64,000 nt of DNA, from the NCBI GenBank assembly GCA_009103225.1, contig RHPI01000773.1, positions 210,003-274,002 of the forward strand, in the 5' to 3' direction. Numbering within the stretch: the stretch's first letter is position 1; each line of letters begins with the position of its first letter. This stretch comes from Chlorokybus atmophyticus. Lineage: Eukaryota > Plantae > Mesostigma and Chlorokybus algae. Shown one piece after another: positions 51,913 to 64,000 of the stretch. Below the pieces are notes generated by a model. The model ran no database searches and had not been told where the DNA came from. It saw only the letters and a list, made by a program, of their open reading frames with translations. A program made the position numbers and the translations under genes.

Positions 51913-54900
51913 GGTTGCTGATCCCTCTCAATTGCGTCTACAGCTGAGTGAATTGATCCCTTTCGCCAGCAATACTGTCGCCGCTGCTACTGCTGCTGCC
52001 CGTTTCCACAACGACAAGCTTAGCAGCTGCTTTACCGAAATTTCAGCTAAGTCCGAAGCGCCCTTATCGTTTGTTGCATCCCACGTCACGTGGTGTGTGT
52101 CGATAAACTCGCGCAGAGGCCGCGTCACGCCCATCGTCAGCAAGGTTAGGAGAAGAAGATGGAGGGCATTGTGCGCTCGCTTCGTGCTTATCTGGATTAG
52201 CGCGCTATTCATAAAGCGCCCTGCCTCTGTCCACGCTGGACCAGGTGACCAGTGCTTATCGTCAGCCACGTGGGACTCCACGCAAGCTGATCGTAACGTC
52301 GCGCCACGATGGCAGGCTTGTAACTAACACGTGGCGCAAGCGCGATTGGGCTCAGGTCACGGACGCGTTCCCTCATGAGCTGAATCTGTCACGCCTTCAC
52401 ATCATGTGAAGGTGTGGTACTCTTCTCACCGTGTGAAGCACAATGTCCAGCTTGGCTTTCCATAAGCGGCAGTACCTAGGGTAAGGGTACAGCCTTGAAG
52501 TCCTTGAGAGGCGTTCGCCAAGTTCATTCAGGGGCCAAATCACGCGTCACGCTGCACGACCTGCTGGCGGTGGGCTGGCGATAGGCTGGCGTTTGTAACG
52601 CTCGGTTTTCAATCGTTATATGGGTTTATTAGCAGAAGTGGATCGTGTTCATCGTTGTCAAGCAAACATGATGTGCGTAAACAGAAGTATTTGCGCATAT
52701 ATTCATTTGATCAATCGTATGAATTGACACTTTTATATGCATGGTATATGTTAATATATCTTACGTATAAACTTTAATCAATCATGTATAATGTTGTGAG
52801 CAATAGTGTGAGTAGCTCTATTGTGTTTATATATTGATATTTGCATTATATTGCAGCTCGTTGAGCTCAGTAATGGTGGTTATTACTTTTCAAACTAACA
52901 TATTGTCATGTGTTTATGTGAATGCAAAACGTCGCATATGCCCTCCGCAGGTTGTTGCCATTGTTGAGTTCCTACTGCTTCTGCCTCCCCTGCTGCTTGA
53001 AGGTGTAGCTAGCTGTCTGTATTGAGTTGACTCAGTAGCTTGGTCTTAGCATGATAGCTTTGCCTTGGCCCACATCTGATTGAGTGATGTGCTTGCTGTT
53101 CGCTCTATGCTTTTGTGACTTGCATTGTGCACACTATCTTTAAGTGTTCCTAACGCAACTTTTATGCGGTTGATGTATTAACGCAAGCAACGCGTTGTTG
53201 CAACGGCGTTAAGTTACTTAATTTCTCACCAATTCCTTCTTGTCTTTTACTCTCCTTCTGTCTTTTTATCATTCTTTTCTATGTCTGCTCTCATGTAACA
53301 CATAAAGCTTTGATTGTCATGTTCGCAAGATAAAGCTCAATGTTTATTAGGTACCTTATGTGTCGTGTTTGACATTATTGGGTCTTAGGACTGCAGTGGC
53401 GGGCAAACCCTAATTCGCGGACTAGAAACCTCCCATAGCCTTAGGTGGCATTGCCCACTTGTGGCAATTGGTGGCGCTCCTGTGACAGGTGGGGGATCAT
53501 GCAAGCTGTGGTTGTTGTCTCGCCGCTGCTACTGCCTTGCTATCTTTTACGGGCTGTTAGTTGTGTTGGGTGGTTGTTGTGTCTGCACACTCTGTTGTTA
53601 GGAGCTTGGGCCAGCCCTTGGCACTGTGCATTGCTTGCCATTCTTGCTATATTTGCAGTGTTGTGATCACTGCGGCTTGTATTGCCTTGCTCTTTGTGCG
53701 TATATGATTGTTTGATTGGGTAATTATGATTCCAGTAGTAACACATCGCGTCCCCCCCCGCGCCCCCTAATTGCATAGCACGCTTCTATCTGATGCCTGA
53801 TATAACACACATGTCGCGCTCCAAACACCATAAGAAATACATCATACTCGACACAAGAAGAATAGGTATATCGCAAGAAAATTCATACGCGATTTTGCAG
53901 GTCGTCATCCGCTACAACCAACCTGTTGTGCTCGCTACCACATACGCAATGGAAGCCAACTTAACCGTCTAAGCGCCTTTAATTTAAAGAGCACTCCGGT
54001 CTGCTAGTTGGTTTCGCTGATAATAATCATACTGTGGATACATAAGTTGACATATAAAGGCAGCCATACTTGTGGTGCTGCATGTACAATGGTGGTTATT
54101 CATATGCCGTGTGTACAAAAGGGGTGTGCTACTATGCCGGCATGCACCGTGTGCCGAGACATGCAAGCGACATGCACCACACTCATGGGTAAACACATTC
54201 TATTCACCACCGAGCTAGTACTTCTTATGCTATGCCAACTCTAGCCTGCCCCGTTAGCCATGCAGAATTGTATCCACCTGCACCACAGCTGCGGTTAGCG
54301 GCCAGCCTCACACACAACAGTGACGATAGCAACAGCAGACTGTAGGACTCCCCCCGCCTTCCTCTCCCATGTTGCCGCCACCCTCTCCGCCCGTCATAGT
54401 GCAGCGCTGCCGATTGCGCATCGAGGGTTAGGTTCCCCGCAGCATGCATGCATGACATCGGCACGCATGCTCGTCGCCTGCAGCGGTGCTAGTCTGCGTC
54501 ATATATACAGAAGAACGTCAACGGAAAATGTACACAAAATGCGGAATGGATTTGCTTACGCATATCACATGCAGTCACCGTCATGACAAGATCACACCTA
54601 GCCAGCAGCAAGCATCATTACAAGTGGACACGTAGCAATCACTTGCCATGCAGCAACTATATTGCTAGGAGAGCTGAATACTTCTTGGCCGTTACATGTC
54701 AGTGTCTGGTCTGTTACTGCGAAAGGTTTTCCGCAAACCATGCCTGGGATGCTGCTGCAACAGCATGTATCGCACGTACTCAGTGTTTGCCTGGGCGCAA
54801 GCTCGCACATGTACATGCTACATGATAACGATGCCGGGTACGGTACATGCAGTGCCATGCGTAGCATGAACCTGATCCATGGCTACCGGATCGCACCGAA

Positions 54901-55126
54901 TTTGCAGCGCGTTCACATAAATACACGCACAACCGTGCAACCTACTGCAATCTCATTCTATACAGCAGCTGATTCCGATATCACCCACCTCCTCCTACTT
55001 TCTAGCGTACAACAACTCCCAGTATCCCCACAAGTAACTATGCCAAAACCACTGCGCAAGGTGTCAACTGTCAACTGTCAGCTGTCAACTGCATATATTA
55101 CATTGCAACCATTTAGCTGGAGGGCT

Positions 55127-58100
55127 TCAATCAACCACAAAGCGGCCACCGCGAGCAAACTCTTCCTCCTCTGGCGTGAACACCGGTTCCTTGTCTACAA
55201 ATGTGGGATCAAAGCGATAGGTTTCCTGGAAGCGGCAGTGCAAATGAGCGAAGACCCGATTGTTGGCAACCAAGAGCAGAGCAGCAGCAGACATGGCAAT
55301 AAGCTCAAGACAACTGTGTCCGAGCCACTTTCACACACAGCATCATAAGCGTCCAACCATGGCATGCTGATTGAACACATTCAAAGACACGCACATGCAT
55401 AACCTGCATGCTTCACTTGCCTGCAAGAAGCCACCCTCCAGGACAGATCGCTCAAGTTCAACAATGATCTCTGCGGCAGCTTGGGCGGTGCGCTCTAAGC
55501 CTTCATCATCGCCAGAAGCATCCAGCTCAGCAAGCCTGTACTTGTAGCTAAGCAGCCTTGCTGCCGGCTTCAGCGAGCCGTATATCCGATAGAGCCGTCC
55601 AATTGTCATCTCGCGCTGCCTCAACGCGGCTGCCCGCGCGAGCTCCGAGTCCAAAGACGGCCAAAACCGGGACGTGTAGAGACCTTGCTCATCCCTCGTG
55701 TACCACTCCTCCTGCATGGAGTGTGACCTTGATCAGCTTGTGCAAAATAAAGGCCATGCAAGGATGGGTCAGTATATCATGAGTTCTATGCCAACCAACC
55801 ACATCTCACGTAAGGACAGAAGTGTATCAATGCAGGCAGTTGAAGCATTCCAAATGTACCGTGCGCTCAATGGAGGAAGAGACGGTGTTGTGAAGCTTCC
55901 AAAGGAACATACGCATGGTTGGGCCATCGACAACTGTCGCCAGCTTGTCTTCGAGAGAGACATGCGACACCGGAGTTCCGGCCTTCCAACCCAGCAGCAA
56001 GTACTCCACAGGGTAAAGGTCCACCTGCATGGGAACGTTTAGCACAAGTTCCAGTGGTAACCTGAGAAGTAAGTGACTGTGTACAAGTCGCTTCAAAGGC
56101 CATGCATGGCCAGTAAAACTTCTTCCATGTGGCTCAAGATTCAGCTAGTGTGTTTGTTATTGACCTGCACTAGCCTATACGCGAACCAATGGACAGTGCA
56201 TCTTGCCAACAGGGGGGGGAACATGACAACGTGTGCAGCACCGACCTCCTTGTTCAGAGTCACATAGGCGTTAAGGTGGTGACGGCAATACGGACATGGA
56301 TACATGGTCTTGAACACACGGAAAAAACCCTTGAACGCCTCCACCAACTGTTTCTGTTCATCAAGCGGCTTCGTGCACACCACCTGTTTGAACAAAGCAG
56401 TTTGCATGTAGTTCCTTCAGGGCCTCTTAACTGCACTATACAACGCAGCATGCCGTAACGTATAACAGAACACACCTCAGCTGCGGTATGGAACAGTCGC
56501 CACGTGGCAGGACCAAGAAAGTAAGGAAATGACACGCGCATGTTGGCGTCCCCAACATCAGTGCGTCCCAAGAACACGTCAATGAATGCAACATACCTAC
56601 AAAAGTATACAACATGAGAATATATTACTGCATAAGCTGACAGACTTATATGAAAACACTGCTCATGGTCATAACGCAGACCTAGGATATACTGGAATGT
56701 GAGTGATACACTTTTGCTCCAATGCAAATTCGCGGATGTGATGTGACGTAGTAGCGTGCTGTCATTTCAAACACAGGACGCAAAAGGCAGCAGTGCTTAC
56801 TGCGAAAGGAAACCGGTGTCGCGGTGCGATGAGCCTTCACCATCGCGCTCTCTCCGCTTTTGCAAGCCGTTGAGGTAGTGTCTAGTGAGCTGCCACGCGC
56901 GCCGCACCAGACTCTTCTGATGCACATCGCAACGATCCCAGCCTTCCACTACGTCCTGCGCATACCTGCAAGAAGCACACTTGTTGGTCAACATGCAAGC
57001 GCACATGCACACCGAACATACACGCGCACGCACGCACGGACGCCGAGAACTACATATTGCCTGACAAGTGGCAATCATCCTTGAGGCACAAGCGCACGCT
57101 GAGGTCTAAGGTACTGCATGAGAATCGTCATCATGCACAAGCAAACAAGCAGGCTGAAGAAGAAGAAGAAGAAGAAGAAGAAAAGCAGCAGAAGCAGAAG
57201 AATGAAGAAGAAGCACTCAGGTCCGAGCGCAAGCAGATTGCTTGCCTCTCAAATTCACCCGCTTCCTTTGCTGCCTTGTACCAGGCATCCAACCTGTCTT
57301 CAGGCAGCTGCAGCAGGTCAACGCCAGCATGCGAGTCGATGTCCGGGTTAGGGCACAGGGCAGCCAGCAGCTTTGGCATGAAGTCCTCATACCTGTAGCA
57401 AACAAGAAGAGTTGGATAAAATCCAACTGTCCTGATCCACTACAAATGTAGGCAAATGTGTTGCATCATAGCATTGCGTCTAAAGCTGCGCTCAGATGGT
57501 GCATGCATTGCAAACATTTTGATGTACCATGAGCTCAGGCACAATGTGCTTGAGCAAAAGACAACATGCACATTTCGATGCTAGCCATGCACCACCAAGT
57601 CTTAAACACATTGCAAATGAAGGTGCTTGACGTTTGACACGTATGAAAACCATAATTCTCCTATCCAAGTATAACACAATGGACTCATCAACCCTTGAGA
57701 AATAGGCAAACCACAGCTTACCAGTAACGCACAGGAACCATGGCGCCGTTAATCGTCTCATCGGCACTCTCCAGCAGCACATGGTTCCACTTGTTCAGGT
57801 AGGCGGTAGGGTCTTTGCTGCGATCAACGTTCGGAGCGGAACCAGTCTTCTCGCATACGGAAGATCCCGTCACCTGCGGCGTCAGCAATGGTTGGTTTTG
57901 AGATATGAACAGAGGTCAGAGCTACTATGCAAAGCTGGCATGCAACAGTGGGTGCAAGGCGCCATGCCATGCTCACCTCTTCTTGCAGCTCTGCCCCTCG
58001 CAGCTTGTTCATCTCCTGCACATGCCATGCTTGTCATCATTGTCGCAATTACACTACTGTTGCTACATCAGTTGATGTGTCATCAAGATGAACAGTAAAG

Positions 58101-61100
58101 GCACCATCTGGCACTTATCGGTGCAAAATGCTGATTGTCACACAGCAGGTTGATATGATCGGCGCATCAGCTGCTGTGGGATAGTCATATGTGTGGTGGT
58201 TCGAGCAGCTTACCGCGCGGGCTGACATTTGGAAAACAACATCTCCAAAGTCCATAACTGTTTTCTGCTCATTCTGTCTCTTCCAAAGGGCCTCGGCCAG
58301 CGTCTTCTTTGCCTGTCTCGACTCTGTCCATGCATCCTGCGCATGGAACAACCCGAGGTCAAGGCTTGATGCTCCGACACAACGTGACAATTGATTATTG
58401 AGATTATCCATAAGCAGTCATTGACAACTATGTGACAAACTGATAGCACGGCACAAGCGCACCTCCATGGCCTTAGCTTCCGCAACCATTTCGCTCGTCT
58501 TTTCAATGCTGTCCCAGTTCGCAATACGCTCTTGCAACCTCGCCTCTTCTTGCTCAACTGATTGTGCCAACTGGCATAGCAATCAAAATCAGTCAGAACC
58601 TTTTGTGCAATGACGTGTTGAAGATACACGACATACGTACCATCAGTCATGAACCAACATATATGACGAATATGCGGTCAGCATTAGATACGTAAATAAT
58701 CTAAACTGCTGTAAGAACTGCCATCAGCTCACCGCATCTAATGCAGCTGACACAGTGGAATCCGCTGCCAGTCCCAGCCCTTTGTACATATCCACAGAAG
58801 CGCGCACATACTTTACAAAGTTGGGAAAAGTGTAGGGAAGGGTCTTCACGCGTAGGTGGGTCTCGTGGTGTGCAGAAAAGCTCTGCCGAAATGTGCGATA
58901 TGCTGCCCCCTGCACATGCCAACACAACATTCAGTTCTCTCACTTGCCTGCTACAATGATGTGGCTTATAGCAGCTGCAAGCGTTGAAAGCTGATGAGAT
59001 GTTGATGTATGTTGTGTGCGTGTTTTCTGCAACGTTGCGTGGCTCACATGCAATGCACCTGTAACAGCCTGAAGAGTCCAATCTGCAGCTGCAACAAACT
59101 CGTGCCTGTTGACTGCTTCGTTTCATCAGCCAGTAGCTCCTGGACAAAAAATGCATGTTACTGTGTAGCTCCTGGTCGCAGCATGACATTCCTTGCCGCC
59201 ATGTGATGCGCAGAGGTAGTATGCACTGCATTGTGGCCAGCAAGCACAGCAAGCACGCATGCACGCGCAGCCGCATGCACACATTCACACGCACACCTCC
59301 TCTGCAAGCACACTGCCCAATGAGCAGCGAGCCAATACCAAACGCAAGCTTACGACAGTTAACAACATAGGCATATTGGCAAGCACCGAGGCAATATTTA
59401 CGGGGTAATGGACATCAGCATGTGCACTGCATTGCATGCTGACTTGTATTGACGACAGACATATGGACGGAAGTTAGGAAAGAAATCGGAACATAATATG
59501 AGTACAAACAATCACATGCGCATGTCAAGCACGCAAGCATACCTTCCACCGAGCCGCCTCCTTCTGAGCCAGCTCCTTAGCGCGAGCGGGAGCTTGATGA
59601 CCGTGAGTGGAGGTTGACTTTGCAGAGGGTGCAACGTGCCCCTCTTTGGTGCCGCCTAGTTGCTCACTGCACATGTCGCATGTTAACTGTCATGCTAGCT
59701 GCAGATTGCATGTGGTATTACATTTGAGCCAAGAGAGCTGAGACTAATGACTGAACGTAAGCATACAGCCAACAGCCAACAGCGCACCTGTTCATCCACA
59801 TTTCTGCTGGAAGCATGAGTTTCGCAAACTCCGCCAGTGAAATCATGGCGTCTCCATCCTCATCTGCCTCACTGCATTACCATACCAGTATACTCATGAT
59901 TTGAAGTTAGCAAACAGCTGGGACACTCAGAAAAGGTGTGTCACGGAGCTTGCTTGCAATTGCTTGATGCAAATACTCACTGTAGCATCTTGTCCATGTC
60001 GGACTGCGCCAGGTTGGCACCAAAGGTTGTTCCACGCAATATGGTCTCCAGCTCATCCCTGCAGGCGTATGTACAAGATTGCAGCACAATGAATGTGTAC
60101 TATACTACGCAAGCTCACGTAGTCCCAGATACACTCTTTTTTGTCTCCCGCAAAGTCATGCATGCAGGGTAGTACGCACAACTTCCTGCGGTAAGGTGCA
60201 CAACCACTTGCCTGCTGATGTTGCCATTGCCATCAACATCTGCAGCCTCGAACGCTGTCTTCACCTCCGCCATGGCTGACCAGCCACTTTCTGCGACCTG
60301 TTGTCATGCTGTTAGCCAAGTGTTGTCACACAAGTTTACACCCCTACTTGCAACCTGAATTTACAACCAATCAGAGCGCGCAAGTGCACAAAGCAGACAC
60401 CAACAGACACACCTTCTCAGCCATGACAAGCATGTACTCATCAAACGAGATGCGCCCGTTTCCATCAGCATCGGCCTGTGCGAGCGTCTGTGCCACTTGC
60501 TGCAATGCAGCATGTGCAGCGCGTGAGTGCATTGCATCAGTTGCGTATTGCAAAATTGAGCATGTGGATGCTTGCATGTTGCAACGAGCAACTGCCGTCA
60601 GGTACTGAAGGGTGAAGCACGTACAGCTGGCGTTGGGGTTTGGCCAAGCAAAACCATCACGCGTTGAAGCTCCGTTGTGTCAATCTCACCCGATCGGTCC
60701 ACATCCATCTCGTTGAACACAGCAGTAAACTTGGCCACCTGCAATGTGAGTCAGTAAAACTTGCCATGCAACAATGCTGTATAGTAAAGCTTATCTACTG
60801 GCTTGCATACTAACGAGCAATAGACTTGCTCGCAATAGTTGCATTGCGCACATGTAGGGCGAGTAGGAGAGACAGGACATGAACATGCAAGCAAACGCTG
60901 CAACAAAGCCAGCCATCTACAAGCATACACAAACATTCACCAGCAAAATGTTGAGTATTGTTGGTTAACCACAAGGACTATGCATTGTTGCGTTCTTGGC
61001 AAGAAGTCAATGCTGCATAGAGCAAAGCACAAGTGCATTCTGCCGGGCGCAAACCTGCTGTGGATTCAGGGAGGCCGGCGTAACAGCTGGCTTTGGGTCA

Positions 61101-61366
61101 TTCCACAGCGCATCCTGTTGCTGCTGTTGTTGCTGCGCTGAAACCCTAAGCCTGGCCGTCCGCCTCCCTGGCATGCACCACCACCTGCTTGGCTTGGCCA
61201 GCAGGGAAGGCGGGCGGGAGGGTCGCCCCACCGCCCGGCCTGGTCGCTGGGCGGTGGCGGCAGGGCCGGCTGCTGCCCGGCCGTACAACGGTAGCAGCTG
61301 CATGGATGGCCGAGCGCCCAGCACCGACGACGCCGCCTCCGCCATGTTGACCTTGGCCGACAGCAT
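55127..61366 (-). CDS. Transit-peptide-like leader + 4 EF-hands + ERV/ALR sulfhydryl oxidase fusion (~20 exons)
   Basis: EF loops DVDRSGEIDTTE, DADGNGRISFDE, DVDGNGNISRDE, DEDGDAMISLAE. Exons splice in phase (...PVRYW|YEDFMPK...) through to GPATWRLFHT, YPCPYCRHH and LWKLHNTV. Stop TGA at 55127-29. Confidence 0.8.
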
Positions 61367-63401
61367 CTTGCTCCGGCTGAGCTGCGTAACCTTTGTCTTA
61401 CTCACGCCTTTGTGACTTGACAAGTGAAGGTCAGCAGCGCCTTCCAATGACTTGAGCAGCTGGACTTCACGGGACAGCTGCTGCAGGCTCCAGGGGACTG
61501 GAGTCCACCTAAAGGCCTTGCATCAATGCTGACATTTTACGCAGGTACAGTCCAAACCGCTCTACATGCGATCTGACTACGGGGAGTCCCCATTGGGAAT
61601 TGAAGTCCACCTAACATCAGCAACAAACAGTCACCCTATAATAGGCAGAGCAAACATGCAGGAGTCATCTTCCACATCCAGGCCCCTTTCCTTTCTTTAC
61701 AATACCTGCCATATATATTATATCATATGCAAAGGTGCAAGCAGGCAAGCAATCGACTTGAAGAAGTTGGTTGTCAGTGTTAACGATGGTTTTCACATGT
61801 GGATGAGGCCAATGGCGAGTTAGGCAATCCAATGCACTACATATATGCCAAGAGTGCCTTGGCTGTGAAACTTCGACGGTGGATGAACAATAGGTCAGAA
61901 CAAGTGTATGACACCACGTATCAGCAATTGTTCGGCCTAGTGTGCTCGCGCTGGGATGCTGCATGGGCAAGGGCACAGCTTTCAACATAAAACAGGTAAG
62001 CGAGGTAAATGAAAGGTGAGTAAGTGTGGGGAGCAGCAACAATTTGCCCACATCATGCGGTGTGACATACACGATGATGTGACATACATGATGTATGTAA
62101 CAGGGCTGCTTGGTGGTTGTAATAACTGTGCTGCTGTGCATGTTGAGTGTTGGAATATGCCTTGCACAAGTCATGACAGGGGTGCAATGGGACTGTTCTG
62201 GCTGAGTCATACTGCCTAAATAGTCTTAAACGGCTATGTATGACTCACAAAGACTACGCGGGTCTTTGGTAAATTGCACGCAGGTGGGCTTGGTGGGACC
62301 GGTTGAGCATACTTGCTGGCTGTCGGCGACCATATTGCGGGAGGGGGCTAAGCAGTTGTCGTCAACGTCAGAGTCATGCATAATGCAACCTGCAAGGACC
62401 ACGCCCCTCACCTCTCTTTTTGCTGCGTTCGTGCGCTCTGCAGGTGGTTACATTGCTCCATTGTGTGCTTGAGGGTGTGTTATGTACTATTCTGGTTCTC
62501 TTAACACTCTGTCTTGGCCCCCACCTAACTTTCTCCTGTATTATGTTGTTCGCCCTTTGTATGCTAGAACGCTTGCGTCTTGCACACACAGTCTTTGAGC
62601 GTACCTAGCGTAGCTCTTATGTGATCAAATAATGTGCTTTGTTAGTAATTGTAAATGTTGCTTATTATTATACTATAAGCCCCGCTCTGCCTGTTACGAA
62701 ATGAGGGTATCCCAATTGGCCACATTATCAAAAGGCGCTGATGGTTGAGGACTTTATATTGATTAATGCTACCATGGTAGCACTACCTCTCGACAGCTTG
62801 AACATGTACAAAAGCATGCACGAGTAAAAATAATATTATAATAACATCATGGTTAAGCGCTCGCACGTGCAACGGTATGCATTGTACATGGTATGCAATT
62901 TATGAAACGCTCATAGCCCAGTATGCCTAACACGAGGGCAATGTTTTACTAATGCATGTCTTTTTAATCAATAAAACATTGAAAAGATCGTAAATGATCG
63001 TTACCTTGATGTTTCGTAATTTGTTTATTTTTCAACATTCTGTTGATGTTCAAAGACTTGATTGCTATTTAATCCTCCCTTCGTTAATTTAAAAACACGA
63101 ATTTGAAGCAATCTCTGTGTGGGACATTACTACGTTCAATGACAAACTCGCATGAAGTAGATACACTGATACTGATATGTAACCACTAGCTGCATGCATA
63201 ATATGACATGAGATGAGGATACACGTAACATGCCATGTTGCTTCCTTAAAGCGGCTTCATGTAAGCACCACACATGCATACAATAAGGCACTTGAGTCAT
63301 GGTAACATGCATATGCATGCGCCAAACAAAAGCATTATATGCACATTGTGCATAAAGCGAACAAAGACATTTTTATTTAAACGCTTATGCACATGTGACA
63401 A

Positions 63402-63886
63402 CCCACTCGATTATAAAAGACTTGGTGCTTTTATGGTCGATTTGTGGTTACTAAATGTACCTTCCCGTTACATCCCCCCCCCCCCCNNNNNNNNNNNNNN
63501 NNNNNNNNNNNNNNNNNNNNNNNNNNNNNNNNNNNNNNNNNNNNNNNNNNNNNNNNNNNNNNNNNNNNNNNNNNNNNNNNNNNNNNNNNNNNNNNNNNNN
63601 NNNNNNNNNNNNNNNNNNNNNNNNNCCCACCCACCTAAGAACGCTGACGTCCTCCGCATCTGCCCGTTCTGCCAGGGAATCATTTCAGCTTCAAGCAATA
63701 AGTTATGAAGTTACCGTTTACGACGTGTTACTGGATTGAGAAACAATGATTGCGGAATTTGTGTGCAAGGCAGGAAGCGAACCTGGGTCTCAAGCTCCGA
63801 TACCAATGTCACAGCCCACTTAACCATAAAAGACTTGGTGCTTTTATGGTCGCTTTGTGGTTATTTGATGTACCTTCCCGTTACAA
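63402..63886. repeat. ~70-bp direct repeats with a 10-bp hairpin, flanking a gap
   Basis: 63402-63472 resembles 63815-63886; ACCATAAAAG-acttggtg-CTTTTATGGT at 63823-50. Confidence 0.75.
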
Positions 63887-64000
63887 CATGTGTAAAACCA
63901 ATGTTGTGCGCATGCGTGAAACCAACACTGTGATGAAGAGAGATTTAAATTTAAAAAACGTTATGCCTTTGTAGGCATAATCCTTGATAAGCATATGCGA

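Noticed and set aside
52300-54600. Short ORFs between PGK and the EF-ERV gene
   Set aside because: No motifs or consistent splice pattern; AT-rich intergenic DNA

Overview
Eukaryotic, intron-rich DNA, most likely from a green-lineage alga (TTTAGGG telo-boxes, plastid-type transit peptide, FTR1); the species cannot be fixed from sequence alone. The left half (1-~31.5 kb) is transposon-derived. It holds two complete nested non-autonomous CAC...GTG elements with 3-bp TSDs (144-4535 and 1522-4139). A decayed, gene-dense cargo region (~5-30.6 kb) follows, centred on a Plavaka/CMC-type DDE transposase. Next to the transposase lie a Cys-rich/Tudor/phage-type C5 DNA methyltransferase gene, a long protein ending in a histone H3 (partly CenH3-like) fold, a RING-finger gene and several orphan genes. 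This looks like a giant DNA transposon (or nested set) carrying a chromatin toolkit, and is the main candidate for a novel system. The right half is ordinary host DNA: two tandem FTR1 iron permeases, a CSC1/OSCA/ERD4 channel, a divergent PGK-family gene, and a ~20-exon gene fusing a transit-peptide-like leader, four EF-hands and an ERV/ALR sulfhydryl oxidase domain. There are four N gaps. Gene models were spliced by eye, no database searches were run, and exon limits are approximate.
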